In this document: piece by piece, positions 46,724 to 59,800 of the stretch | Position numbering within the stretch: position 1 is the stretch's first letter | How the letters are laid out: each line of letters begins with the position of its first letter | NCBI RefSeq assembly: GCF_036321535.1 | Contig: NC_087436.1 | Coordinates: 15,004,001 to 15,068,000 of the forward strand | Reading direction: 5' to 3' | Length of the DNA stretch: 64,000 nucleotides | Source of the DNA: Camelus dromedarius | Lineage: Eukaryota | Notes under the pieces: model-generated | Told to the model about the DNA's origin: nothing | What the model saw: the letters and a program-made list of their open reading frames with translations, nothing else | Databases searched by the model: none | Translations under genes and position numbers: made by a program

Positions 46724-47560
46724 TTTTTTATAAATATAGTTGATTCACAATGTTGTGTTAGTTTCTAGCATACAGCAAAGTGATTCAGTTTTATATATGT
46801 ATTTTTTTCATTCTTTTTCAGATTCTTTTCCATTATAGGTTATTACAAGATATTGAATACAGTTCCCCATGCTGTACAGTAGGACCTCGTTGTTTATTTA
46901 TTTTGTAAATAGTAGTTTGTATCTGCTAATCCCAAACTCCTAATCAGTCCCCCTCCACCCGACCCCCATTCTCCTTTGGTAACCAGAAGTCTGTTTTCCA
47001 TGTCTGTAAGTCTGTTTCTGTTTTGTAAACAAGTTCATTTATATCATGTTTTAGATTCCACATACAAGTGATATCATATGATATGTGTCTTTCTCCATCT
47101 GACTTACTTCATTTACTATGATAATCCCAGGGTCCATCCACATTGCTGCAAATAGTATTATTTCATTTTTTATAGCTGAATAATATTCCATTGTGTATAT
47201 ATATCACATCTTCTTTATCTATTCATTGTCATTGGACATTTAGGTTGCTTCCATGTCTTGGCTGTTGTAAATAATGCTGCTATGAACATTGGGGTGCATG
47301 TATCTTTTTAAGTTAGTTTCCTCCAGATAGATGCCCAGGAGTGGGATTGCTGGATCATATGGTAAGTCTGCTAAGTTTTTAAGGAAATTCCATACTGTTC
47401 TCTATAGTGGCTGCACCAATGTAGGAGGTGTTTCTTTTCTCCACACCCCCCTCCAGCATTTATTATTTGTAGACTGAGCAGTGTGAGTTGATATTCTAGT
47501 TTCGATTTGCATTTCTCTGGTAATGAGCAATGTTGAGCATTTTTGATGTGCCTGTTGACC
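46724..47560 (-). mobile_element. 5'-truncated L1 with internal deletions
   Basis: atagttgattcacaatgttgtgttagtttc...ggttgcttccatgtcttggctgttgtaaataatgctgctatgaacattggggtgcatg...gatttgcatttctctg. Confidence 0.95.
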
Positions 47561-48137
47561 GAGGCCTGTCGTTGTGGCTAGATTCATCCTTACTTTGTGG
47601 CCAGAAAAAATTAATGGTGATGGAATACATAGATACCACCTGTAGGTTACTGCCTATTCGACATCGGGTAAATTCATCCAACTCCATGGAGGAAGGAACA
47701 TGGGTTTGGGGCCAGACTGATACAGACTCAACCCCAGGCTTCGCCACCCACTAGCTGTATGACTCAGACAAGTCCCTCGTCCTCCTGGACCTACTTGCAA
47801 CGTCATCGTGTGGAACAGGGGTATCTGTAACCATTTCAGCATTGAGTGGGAGCTCCATAAATCATGTCACGTTTAAGTGACAAAGAGCAGGGGGTCCATT
47901 TATTTACTAGTTCCTTTATGAATATATAATTATGGAGCACTTTCTACATTCCAGACCCTGAAGGAACCCAAGCTTATCTGGGATTAATCTCACTCACTGA
48001 CCCCTCTGCACCCTGAGGAATTATTTGGGCCAATCCATCCTGCCCATGGTCTCATTCCATGGAGTTATCATAGAGTGGAGGTTCTCAAACTTTTGGTCTC
48101 AAGACCACTTACTACTCTTAAAAATTACTGAAGACTC

Positions 48138-48759
48138 TGTATTAGTTTTCTTGCCTCTGCTGTAACAAATTACCACACACTTAGTGACATAAAACAGTGA
48201 GATTTTATTTCCTTACAGTTTTGAAGGTCAGAAATCCAAAATCAGTCTCCCTCAGTTAAAGTTAAGGCATCAACAGCTCTGATTTCTTCTGGAGGCTCTG
48301 AAGATAGAGTTTCCTTGTTTCTTGCAGCTCCTTGAGGCCACCAATAGTTCTAGACTCATGATTCCTTCCTCATGTAGTTTTAATCTCTGCTTCTGTCCTC
48401 ATCTCCTGCTGGCCCCCCAGCACCTGCCTCTCTTTCATAAGGACCTGAGTAACTCCACCAGCCCCATCCAGCTAATCCAAGATACTCTGAATCTCAAGAT
48501 TCTTGATTTAACTACTTCTGTAAAGTTCTCTTTGCCATACAAAGTAACATTTACAGGTTCTGGGGATTAGGTTGTGGACATCTTTTTAAATTGCATTTTT
48601 TTAATTGAAGTATAGTTGATGCACAATATTATAAATTAGCCTCAGGTGTACAGTGTAGTGATATGACATTTAAATACATTATGAAATGATTGCCATGATA
48701 AGTCTAGTAACCATCTAAGTATGTTGACAACTTTGGGGGCCACTCTTCAGCCTATCACA
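48138..48759 (-). mobile_element. MaLR solo LTR (MLT1C/D-like)
   Basis: tgtattagttttc...gctgtaacaaattaccacacacttagtg...acatttacaggttctggggattagg...cagcctatcaca; TG...CA termini. Confidence 0.85.
48586..48716 (-). mobile_element. Short L1 3' end inside the MLT1 LTR
   Basis: ttttttaattgaagtatagttgatgcacaatattat...caggtgtacagtgtagtgat; diverged TSD tgtggacatcttt / tgttgacaacttt. Confidence 0.8.
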
Positions 48760-50877
48760 GGTCCCAAAGAGGTCTTGTTTATGTGTATTACATCTGTCAA
48801 ACCTGCCATGTTAGGAATTAAAACAGAGATTTGAACAGTATTTACTTTCTAATCCACTAAAAAAATAACAATAACAAACCCACTACGGGCTAACAAAGAA
48901 CATATATTAATGAGAAACAATTTTCTTTTCCAAAACAAAAAGAAAAGGCAGTAATATGAGTGGCATTATATCACATTTTTACAAATCTCTTTAATGTCCA
49001 GAGTAGTAAAAAATAGCTGGATTCTTATATCCATTGTGATTTTGGGGGGTTAACGTAGATAAAGAAAATCTAGCCTCACACAGATATGTAGTTGGAAAAA
49101 AAAGGAAATATTTTAATAACCTTTTCATATAATTATGGATATTCTTCTTTGATAGTACACCAAAACTCAACAAGTGGTAGATAGTACCTTAAAAGTTAAT
49201 TGCAATGCAGAATATGAAAACAGGTCCATGAACTTGTCCTATTCTGTTATGGTAAACCTATTAGTCTACTTTGAATCTAATTTGAATGGGTCTTTTATCC
49301 TTGCCTGATTTGATAACATTGTATTATAATCCTGGTCATTGAAAAAGATAGATCCACTACGTTATGCTGATCTTCCACACATTGACACATTTCATTGTAC
49401 AATATTTAAAAATCAGTTATTGTATCATCATGGGTTTATCAGAAAAGTCTTTAAGAATTGGGAAGCTGTCAACAGGTTTTCCAAAATTCTAACTTTTCTC
49501 ATTTTTGCTGGAAAACTCACATGTTGTCTTTAGCAGCAAATACTGTCAGTTGTGTTCCTTGAAATAACAGGTTCACTTAATTCATTCAGCAAAAAATGTC
49601 TGCCTAATACTCAAGTCTGAATAGCCATAGTTAGTCAGCTCTTTTTGCAAATAAAAGATGATAGTCCACAGGAGGCAAAGTACAACTCAAATAATCACAC
49701 AAGTGTTTTTCCTTGAGAAAATCACCATAATTTGATTTGCAACATAAGGGCTTATGTATACTTCATTCCGTCCCACAGAATATTAAATAGGCATGTATGC
49801 AAGAGTTACAATTAATAGCATTAATATTTTTTATTGCTTCATCAAGAACATTCTTAAATGGAAATGGCCTTGGTTTTATGGAGGTTTGTAATGTTTGTTT
49901 ATTTCACTGTAAGTTTCTGGCACTTTGGTACCTCTGCCTCGAATGGTGTTAACCAGCAGTTTTACCCATTATCATCTTTGCAGCATCAGGGCAAATGTTC
50001 AGACAAGACAAAGGCAAATACATTAGCATTAACATAAAAATAATTCTGACGTCAACAGGTGTCTCCACTCTTTCAAGAACACGTTTGCTATCTGGGACTG
50101 ACTCTAGCAGTTAGAAAGGCTCCAGATTTTTCCTGTTGCTTGATTCCCTGTCTCTTGTGGTATTGGATTCTGTAGGCCAGCAGTTCTCAAAGTGGGACCC
50201 CTGGGGATTCCCAAGGCCAGTCCAGCAGACATGGCCTTGGAGGATTTTCCAAATTAAAAGGTCATTCTAATAATCCGTGAGGATGATCCTGATAGTTTCT
50301 GTTGATTTTGTCTTGTCCTCAAGTCTTTAGACCAGTATTTATTTTCACTGTGAAGGCGACACCAGCAAGATTTGGAATTTGCGTCAGCTGGAGGGCAGAA
50401 TACGTTCAGAACCTTCTTGCAGCTTCTTCTTAAATAGCAATAACCTACATAAGGCAATACATCTTGGAGATATTCTGGTTTGCATTCCCAAAATCACACT
50501 GAATCTCATGCCAGAAGGCCTTGCTAACTCTGATTGCTAAGGAGGAGAAAATAGATCATTAAATAGCAGGGAAGACCAGAGTGGTTTCTAAAAATAAATA
50601 CTAATTAGATACACTTTTTTTTCCTAAAACAAATGCTTAGTTCCTTGTTTTCCCCTTCAATGTCAATTTATGGCGTTATTGCCTTTTATTAATAAATCCT
50701 TCTTACCAATGCTGATAGCTTGGTAATTTATAAAATACTTTTAAATACTTTTAGATAGTATAAAACACTTTTAGGTATGTCATGTGATTCTTACGCTCAA
50801 TCTAAAAGGAATGCCTATTTTAGAGATGAATAGAAAAATAGAAGGTTCAAGAAAGTTAAGTGACTTAACAAGTACCC

Positions 50878-51243
50878 TCTATTAATTTTCTATTGCTGTG
50901 TAACAAATTACCACCAACTTAGCAACTTACAGCCACACATTCATTATATCAAAATGTCCGTGTGTCAGGCACAAGTTGGTTGGGTCCTCCACTCTGAAAT
51001 CAAGGTGCTGGCAGAGGCTACAATCTCACGTGAGGGTTGGAGTTCTCTTCCAAGCTCACAAAGTTGCTAGAAGAACTCAGCGCCTCACTGTTGTAGTACT
51101 GAGGTTCCTATTTTCTTGCTGGCTGGTAGCCAGGGGTCAGTTTCAGCTCCCAGAGGCATTCCTTGGGTCCGAGTCACGTGGAACCTCTCACAACCTGGCA
51201 GCTTATGTCTTTAAATGCAGCAGGAGAATTTCTCTCCAGTCTG
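50878..51243 (-). mobile_element. MaLR LTR (MLT1E-like), partial
   Basis: tattaattttctattgctgtgtaacaaattaccaccaacttagc...ctgaaatcaaggtgctggcag...ttcttgctggctgg. Confidence 0.8.
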
Positions 51244-51647
51244 AGCTTTTGTCCACGGCTCCTAGCCCAGTGCTCAACCACAGAGTAAGTAATTGGTCAA
51301 AGAATGAATCAGTGAATATTTGTACTAGTTCAGAATCCCACCAGATTCTGTTCATTTTGCTCCTTGCAACCCATCATAATGTCATCTTAGCAAACAATGA
51401 GTGCTCAAAAACCTTCAGTGTTGGTCTTTAATTTAGCATTGGTCTTTAATGTTCTAGGTATTGCTCATAGATAACACTGATGTTATGTTGAATTTCTTAA
51501 CCAATTTCATCGTTTGAAAGTCATTTTCCTATTTAGAGGCTAGCTAAGAGACATGAGCAGAGAACCAAGAATCTTGGTTTCAACTTGGACTCTTCTGGTT
51601 TATAATAATAACAGGTATAATTTCTCAAGTGCCTAACAGAGGCCAGG

Positions 51648-51660
51648 TGATGGATGGATG

Positions 51661-51693
<33 letters not shown>

Positions 51694-51698
51694 CCTTG

Positions 51699-51734
<36 letters not shown>
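51648..51734. repeat. Compound microsatellite (GATG)n(GATA)n then (CA)n
   Basis: Directly visible. Confidence 0.95.
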
Positions 51735-51736
<2 letters not shown>

Positions 51737-52087
51737 AATGTTACATTCTTTTTGCGTGTTTGTGGTGAAGGAATTACAGATTGTTTTTATTTTATGTCAT
51801 ATCTTGATACTTGCCTGTCATATATAGATATTCTTAATCTGAACAAAGAATCTGCAGCGTTGGTAAGACCATCACTATGCCCATGATATAGGTAAGAACT
51901 GAGGCTCAGAAGTTAAGAAACTTACTCAGAGTCAATGTTGGTAAGTGGCACAGCAGGCTCCAAACTCAGGTGCTGTTTCACCTGTCCACACGGACTTCCT
52001 TTCGACTGCTGCCCCCACTTCCGACTTTCCCTGCCACTGAGCCATCTGCCTTCTTCACCTGGAGGAGTAATAGAATCACCACTAGCC

Positions 52088-52262
52088 CATAGGGCACCTT
52101 TGTATGAATTAGAAAAAGGCACTCCTTCATCAAGATACTTGGCTGCTATCTGCCAGAAATTCATTGCAATAAATACACAAGCATTCTATACCTATAATGT
52201 TCGTGATGGTGCTCCCTGGGTGGTTCAGTGTTCAATCTACACAACTGTGAAGGGCTGCCCTG
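52088..52262. mobile_element. MER91-like hAT-Tip100 MITE
   Basis: agggcacctttgtatgaattagaaaaaggcactcc...tacacaactgtgaagggctgccctg. Confidence 0.6.
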
Positions 52263-53009
52263 GGAGTGGAGGGGAACAGCAAATGATCATGGAGAGTCTG
52301 ATCCAAGTTTTAATATGGTTGGTCTATACAGCTGAGTCTTGGTGCCCAGAGAACTCTTGGATTTTTGTAGAAGTTTGGTGGTTCTGTCTCCCAGATTTGA
52401 TCAAAACCTGCTTACAAATGACTTGAGAAGGGGAAGACTGGCATATTGTTTCTCTTGGCTTCCATTCCTTGGTCTGTGAACTCTGAATTTTCAGGAGTAG
52501 CAACTGTGACCGTGTAGTTCATTTTACTTTTCCCAGAAATGCAGCAGCTCTGAGAGCACAAACCTCGGGCAGGTGTAGAAAGAAGCATCTGCTGGGCCCC
52601 TTGGCAGAGCTGGGAGCAGCAGAGGCAGGTGTGGCCAAGCCATCTTTCAGTGTTCTCTCTTGATCTGGACACCACATTGTTCCTCCTTTGTTCTGCAAAC
52701 TGGAAAGAGAAATGGAGGGAAAACAGCTTCAATGGAACATCCTTCAAATGAATCAAACAAATATTTGTGCCCAAGGCGGTGCATTAAGAGGGGCCCGAGT
52801 GAAGAGGGGAGAGGTGGTATTAAAAACTAACCCAGTCACTAAGAGTTTTGAGGTGTCCAAGGGGGATAATTCCCAGCTGCCGCTGCCTGTATTGGTAATT
52901 AAGTGTTTTCTCAATTTTTCTTTAGTCAGATGTGGATTTTTCTTCTGTAAGAAAGAAATTACTTCCGAGCACCCTGAATCATTAAAGTTAACTGTAGTTC
53001 ATTTGGAAA

Positions 53010-53220
53010 GAAAGCTCTGGGCTCTGATCTGGATGATCACCAGCCACCAGAGGTTACTTAGTCTCTGTGAGACTCAGTTTTCTCATCTGTATAATGGGAA
53101 GGATTACAGTACCTACTCCACAGGATTGTTGAAAGAACCTAGTGAGAAAATTAACGTACAGTTTTTATCTGAATGCCTGGCACTGTGCAAGCACTCAGTA
53201 AATAGCAGTGATTATTATTA
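53010..53220 (+). mobile_element. MIR
   Basis: gttacttagtctctgtgagactcagttttctcatctgtataatggg...tgcctggcactgtgcaagcactcagtaaatagcagtgattattatt. Confidence 0.8.
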
Positions 53221-53833
53221 ACAGGGCAGTCATATGAAACTAACATGATACCTACCTTTCCCAAGAGTGACAAGGCATTTCTTCCCCAGTCTTGCTCCAT
53301 TTAGCAAAGCTCCCCGCAAATCTCAGCACTAAACACCTTGAAGGAAATTCTGCATAAATGAGAAACCATGGAGCAGAATTAATTCCATGACATAAATCTG
53401 TGTGCCCTCTCACTCCTCCCTATGCGTCTGGGCCCTCCAGCTCTCCAGCCCTGGATCGCGGCAGTAATTTTAACAGAACCCAGTCTGCTGAGCCTAAGAG
53501 ATAAAGAAGAAATCACTATTCTGGTGCAACTACCATTAGGACAGGGAGTTGAGATAAAGACTTTTATTACTAAATTGGGCAGATCCCTTTGGAGCCGGGA
53601 TCCTGCTTCTCCCACCCACCCACTCCTGCACTTCTGCTGTCAGATTTAGATTTAGACACGGTGCTGGGTGCTCAGGGAAGAACGGGAACCCGGGAGTCTG
53701 GATTCAGCCAGGAGTAGGTAAGGCTGGGCTCGGATCTGATCTCATCCTTGCCTCCATCCCCCTTTACCTTTCCTGTTCTGGGAAACCAGTCCTCAGTAAA
53801 AAGACAGGATACAAGATGGGAATTTTTTTCTGG

Positions 53834-54298
53834 CTTTTTTTTTTAATTGACATATAGTCAGTTTACAATGTTGTGTTAATTTCTGGTATATGGCATAGTG
53901 ATTCAGTTATATGTATACATACATTCCTTTTCATATTATTTTTCATTATATTGAATAGAGTTCCCTGTGCTATACAGTAAGCCCTTGTTATTTATCTGTT
54001 TAATATATAGCAGTGTGTACCTACAAATCCCAAATTCCCAATTTATCCCTCCATCCTCCTCTTTCCCTTCTGGTAACTGTAAGTTTGTTTTCTATATCTG
54101 TGAGTCTGTTTCTGTTTTGTAAATAAGTTCATTTGTGTCATTTTTTTTTTTTTAGATTTCACATATGAATGATATTGTATGGTATTTTTCTTTCTCTTTC
54201 TGGCATACTTTATTTAGTATGACAATCTCCAAGTCCATCCACGTTGCTGAAAACAACATTATTTCATTCTTTTTTATGGCTGAGTAATATTCCATTGT

Positions 54299-54342
<44 letters not shown>

Positions 54343-54613
54343 TACATGCATACACATGTACATACTACATCTTCTTTATCCATTCATCTTTTGAAACATT
54401 TAGGTTGCTTCCATGTCTTGGCTATTATGAATAGTGCTGTTATGAACATTGGGGTGCATGTATCTTTTCAAATTAGAGCACCCTCCAGATATGCCCAGGA
54501 GTGGGTTGCTGGATCATATGGTAAGTCTATTTTCAGTTTTGTTTTGTTTTGTTTGTTTGTTTGTTTTAAGGAATCTTCATACTGTTTTCCATAATGGATG
54601 CACCAAACTACGT
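53834..54613 (-). mobile_element. 5'-truncated L1 with internal (TA)n(CA)n
   Basis: Poly-T, atagtcagtttacaatgttgtgttaatttctgg...ccataatggatgcaccaaactac; TSD ggaattttttt..tgg at 53819-53833 and 54614-54629. Confidence 0.95.
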
Positions 54614-54782
54614 GGAATTTTTTTATTGGAGCTTAAAGTCCAATGTGATACAAGTGTAGTATACAAATGGCTATTTGTTCAGGTAGAATAGAACTGAAGG
54701 ATAGAAAAAAAAAATGGAAGGATGAAGGTAGAAGCATTAAGGGCACTCTCCACAACCGAGTGACAATGAGTTTTAAAAGGTT

Positions 54783-54851
54783 CAGAGCTGCCCCATGTGG
54801 CTGTGCAGGTTGTGTGGTGAACAACCTAAACAGCTATACATGGCGATCCTG
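54783..54851. mobile_element. MER91B-like mini hAT element (palindromic)
   Basis: cagagctgcc...gctgtgcaggttgtgtggtgaacaacctaaacagc...ggcgatcctg; self-complementary. Confidence 0.65.
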
Positions 54852-55533
54852 AAGGAGTCAGAAACCGTCTCCTCTTGGACAAAAGGCCAAGGCTCACCCA
54901 ACTGTGCTGCCCTTGAACTTCCCCAGACCCCTCTCCCAGGCTGCTCTGAGCAGATGGCAGGGGCCCACAGAGTGCAAGGTGCTGGTTACATGTTGGAGAA
55001 TGTAGAGGGTCACTGGTTGTGTGTTCTTGGTGAAACAAAGCCCTTGGCCCAGACAGCTCATCTTCTGCAGGTTCCCTCCTCCTGACAGCAGGACTGGGGC
55101 AGTGCTGTACTATTCTCTGTCTAGTAGATGAAACACAGTCTAGAGTCAAGATTTAAGACACACATACTTGTGAAAACTCAGGTCTGGGATCAAGTAAACA
55201 TGCCCTGACCCAATATTAAGAAGGGGTGATTCTCCCTCTGTTTTCCAGGGAACCTGCCTTTCTCTGTGGAGGAGGTGAGGCTGAAGATCCACTGCCTGTT
55301 GCCTGTCTCCAATGACCATGCTCTTAGCCAATGGCAGGCAAAATGGTGGCAAATACACCAGCAATCACCGTGCCATTATTGCCAATGGCTTTCGAGAGAG
55401 AGCTGGACGTTTCCTTCTCTTCTAGGGTCTGAAGTGGGACAGCAGAGGAGAAACATCTCCTGGTGCAGGCATAAGTGAAAATGTCTCATGTTACTTTCAT
55501 CTATTATGTTACACCCCATCCCATCCTACCATC

Positions 55534-55547
55534 CCACCAGATGGCAC
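55534..55547 (+). promoter_or_regulatory. CTCF core motif CCACCAGATGGCAC
   Basis: Exact match to CCASYAGRKGGCRS; occupancy unknown. Confidence 0.45.
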
Positions 55548-56444
55548 GTGTGATGGATGTATGGTATGATCTGATTTTTTTTAAGAGAAAAAAAGTTATT
55601 TAAAGCTTGAATAAACCTCTTAGGAAATTCCAGTTTGTAGTTTTGTTTTGTTTTATTTCATTTTTTGCCTCTTTCTTTGGTAGTTTGATCTTGAGGTTAA
55701 TAGAGAAAAGATGTTGTAAAGACATCTCTAAAAATGTAAAAGATGGGGAATGAGGGATGCTTTCTGAGTCAAGTGGAGTTTATTTTGAAACTGGAGTCCA
55801 TGTGCAGTTTGATGGGATAATGAGGCAGAGAGATGCAAAGGGTTAACAGCATGGAAGAGAGTTTGTGGGCTTGATGACAGGGTAATGAAAATAGGAATGG
55901 TGGTCCACGTGAGGCAGTGAGAGAGGGAATAAGGGAGGTTGCTAGGCAACTTCTTGGGGGCAGAGGAGAGAATCTTGAGGGAGGAGGCGCTTTCAAATGC
56001 TGCTGTGTGCTGTGGGTAGCTATCTGTGGCCGGAACAAACAGACCCGAGAGGTTGGTCACACCTAGCTGGCAACCGGCTGTTCATCCCGAGCTGCTTCCT
56101 GCAATCATAATAAACGTTCAGGAAGAGTCAAGGGCACAGAGCTCCAGGAGGAGTGTGGCAAACAGTCGGAAAGGCAGCCGGGGTGCAAAACAGAAATGAA
56201 AGCTGTTTATTCTACAATTTGTGCCACGGAGGAGATAATGGCATGGCGGTTGGTGCCAAGGGTTATGGTTAAAAATACATTCACTGAGTGCCAACTAGAT
56301 ACTCTGTTACTCAGTGGGAGGAAACAAAGGTAAACCAAACATGATCCTTGTCTATAGGCAGCTCCCCATCTGGTGGGGGAGAAAGGCACAAGACACGTGT
56401 GTTGTGAATTAGCTATAGTTCCCAGGTAGAAAATAAAGCCGAAT

Positions 56445-56645
56445 CGTTGAGAGGATGGACTCTGGAGTGGAGTTCGAATCCCAGTCTGCATCACGCTAGC
56501 TGTGACCTTGCAGAAATTCTTCTCTCATCTGTAAAACACAAATGATAAGGGTACCTTGACATAAGGTTGCTATTAGAACAGACTGTGTTGACAATTGCGA
56601 AGTGCTAAAGACAATGTGTAGCAAACAGTAACGTTTGTGAAATAA
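56445..56645 (+). mobile_element. MIR
   Basis: atggactctggagtggagttcgaatcccagtctgcatcacgctagctgtgaccttg...ctcatctgtaaaa. Confidence 0.8.
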
Positions 56646-56705
56646 GTTCTTGAGAGAGGTAAGGAACCAAGGCTAGGAGTACAGAATTGAATGTGGCATA
56701 TGTAC

Positions 56706-56812
56706 TTTTTTTTTTAATGCTTCCTTTTAAAAATTTTTTTTAAATTGCAGTATAGTCAGTTTACAATGTTGTGTCGATTTCTGGTGCACAGCATCATGTT
56801 TCAGTCATACGT
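56706..56812 (-). mobile_element. Very short L1 3' end
   Basis: gtatagtcagtttacaatgttgtgtcgatttctggtgcacagc; TSD tggcata(t/g)gtac starting at 56694 and 56813. Confidence 0.85.
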
Positions 56813-59800
56813 TGGCATAGGTACCTTTTGATACGCACATACTTGTATAAAGGTGGTACCCAGCTAAGGTCCACCTGTGATGCTGGGACCCATCTACTTC
56901 CCAACTGCTCTCTCAGATGGCTCTTTGGTTATCGTACTGGATGTTGTACACCACTGTAAGTCACCTTCTCTGGATGAAAGGGATCATGTCCTTCAAACTC
57001 AGATCTGCAGCCTAAGGTAGAGCTGAGCTGCAACGCTGGCTTTTCTGTCCCCCAGAATGAGGACGAGCACACGCCAATCACGGTACTTCCCCTTTGCCAT
57101 CAGCAGAGCTCCACTCCAGCTCCGCTGTCTGCACAGGGGCCACTTCTCTTCTCTCTGTCTACAAAGTCTCCAGCTGCGTTACTCAGCTAGACTGCCTCTG
57201 GCTTTCCCTAGACATTTCCATGTGTCCAGAATGGACACACTGAAAGCCTGGCATTTCCAACCTTCCCGGCCAGGTAAGCATGTTGCCTATTGGGCAGAAA
57301 TAAATGTAGATGTGCGGACCAGCACATGGTGTTCTTTACTGTCCCAGACCTGTCCCCTGCAAGGCATCCGTGACACTTGGCTGGCAGGCCCCCAGGCCAG
57401 CCAACTGCCGCAGATAGAGGTGACTCCAGGATGTCAGCTGTACAGCCGACAGGGTATTTATGGCACAAACACTTTGCAGAAGAGAGAGAGGGGGAGAGAT
57501 CAGAGAGGAAGAGGGAAATTCCTGAAAACCCATTTTCTCTGCTGGCCCCGGGCTCCCTCCCTTCCTCCACTCCCCTATTCTGCCCTCATCACCATCGGGG
57601 CCACCAACCCAGGGTCCAGATCACCCAGGTCCACACTGACCCAGAACACTCACTCTATGCTCAGGATATGTCAGGAGAGACAGCACTATCAGTCCCTGGA
57701 AAGTCCCAGTTTTCTTCTCCAAAGGAGCTGTTTTGGTCAGTTCAGATAAAGGTGGAGTTGCAGAGTTCCCACACCGACTCCACGCCTGAGGGCATCTGAC
57801 TGGAAAGTGGAGAAATCTCTCTTCAAATGCCTTGCTCCCGTGGTAAACCATCATTTTTATCTTTAAGGACCAGGGCCTCTCTGGGGAGAGAATGAAATGC
57901 TACCCTCTCTTCCAGCGCTCAGACTCTGTTTTGGCCCCACGTGGTCTGCTGGCTCTCTACCCTCACCCATCTGCTCGGCTGGCCTGGGGCCCACTTACAA
58001 GTTGATGTGACCCTTGACCTCAGGCACACATCCAAGGCCACATGGGCTTAGATGGCGGGTCTGAGTCACGCCAGAGGTACCATCTGTCCTGCAGGAAGAC
58101 CATCTTCGGCGTCAGTCCTGAAGCACTGGCTCCATATTTCAATCACAGCTGGTAGCAGTGATTTGCCAAAATGAGATACCTGCACAGTCAGGCAAGGAAA
58201 GCACACGCTTCAGTGACAACTTTAAATGTTTCAAGTCACAGGAGGATCCCTTGGAAAAATAGAACAACAAAATTAATGAAATTAGAAAATTACTCAAAAA
58301 TCAGGAATTGCCAAGACACTTAGAAAACCCCAGGAAGAGTCTTACCCCTTGGGGAATAAGTCAGCAAAGGGTGTCAAAAATCAAAACATCTCAAAAGGTT
58401 TTTAAGGTCTTCTTCACTGATGATTTGCACTGAGGCCAGCATGCCCCATCTTTTGTCATCCGCTGTGCCCAGGATTCTCCTAGAGAAACCTGGAACTCAG
58501 GATTTCAGGCAATATTCGTATGTCACGGAAGGGAAGTGACTCCGCCTCTGAAATTATACCACCGCTTACCCAATCCCTGGGGTGACGGGGTGAGAGAATT
58601 GGAAACATTTTCTGGAAAAGCCAGTTTTAAAATAATTCCTAAACTTGTATTTATTGAATGAGTTTGTTGGACAAGACTGGCTATAAGCAGGAAGTACCTT
58701 GGTTCCTTGGTTCTCCCTGTGGCCTTGGTCCTCCCCACCCGGAGACACATCCCAGGAAGACCTTACAGCTTTTCCAGTCACTCCCACATACTAACAGCTC
58801 CAGGCCAGACCAATGCAATCTCTTACCCATTTTTTTATTTTTTCTTTTTCTTGTGTTATTTAAAGTTCCTCCCTTTCCCCCTCAACTTGGGCCTGCCTTA
58901 GGTTGGGAAATTTATTGGGGATGGGAGAAAGGAAGAGCCTTGAGCCTCTTAGGAGGGAGGGAGACTTTCTCTCTTTTAACTTCACTTCCAACTCACTGTA
59001 TCTGGTTCAAGATCCTCAGGTTTGAGCTCAGGGCAGAAAGGATTAGAGGACAAAGTCTGAAAGACCTGCATGGATGTAATTTAGTGTAGGGGCTGCCTGG
59101 GAATAAATAGTGCAGTGGGGAAATTAAATCGTAAAGATGGTACCTCATTTGCCCATAGTTAGAAAATGGCAGAGTGTGGATTTGAACCTGGACAGTCCAG
59201 CTCTGAAGTCCAATGGCAAGGAGATTCCTTTCCCCTTGACCTGAGTGATGCCTCACATTGCCCTCTTAAGACCTGCTCCCGCCCCAGGCAGTCCTTCACC
59301 CTCGCACCACACATCCCTGCCGAGGCTGCCTCGCTGGGCCCAGTGGTCCTTCCGAGATGACTTCCAGTTGGATTTCTCCAATCAAGATGGTGCTCAGGAC
59401 AACCCAATTCCAGGTGTTCAGCATCTCACATAGCAGTCCCGTTCTCCCACCCTGCTGCCCGCCAGCTCCTCAGCCAGTCTCCAGCCTTTGGATCTCCAGA
59501 CATGCATGAGGAAGCAGCCCCGGGAGGTCCCACATGTCCAGAGACTAATGTGTCCAGCCCCCGAAAGGTCCTCCTGGCTCCCTTGGCCTCATATGAGGGA
59601 AACTCCCAGCGCTGATTACTCTCTCCAAAGAAATTCTCTCCTCTGATTTTTGCCTCTTTAAAGGATTTTCTTTTTAATCTACCCCAAGGTGGGCTGTAAA
59701 CGAGGATCAAAATCTACTTCACTGTCTCTTAGCATGTCTTCTGTGGGTGATTTGACATCTTCTGTTCTCAGCCTTCGGGGACCTTGGCCAAAACTGAAAA

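Larger units (their letters stand above)
48075..50085. mobile_element. Charlie1a-like hAT DNA transposon with nested insertions
   Basis: Terminus ggttctcaaacttttggtctcaagaccacttactactcttaaaaattactgaagac resumes at ccaaagaggtcttgtttatgtg after the insert; about 1.4 kb net length. Confidence 0.8.

Noticed and set aside
51421..51450. Small direct repeats (ttggtctttaat x2; similar ones near 1135-1172 and 50730-50772)
   Set aside because: Ordinary slippage duplications in AT-rich DNA with no associated motif.
57057..57749. 230-aa ORF, the longest in the window
   Set aside because: No recognisable motif, composition typical of translated non-coding DNA, and several overlapping ORFs in other frames.
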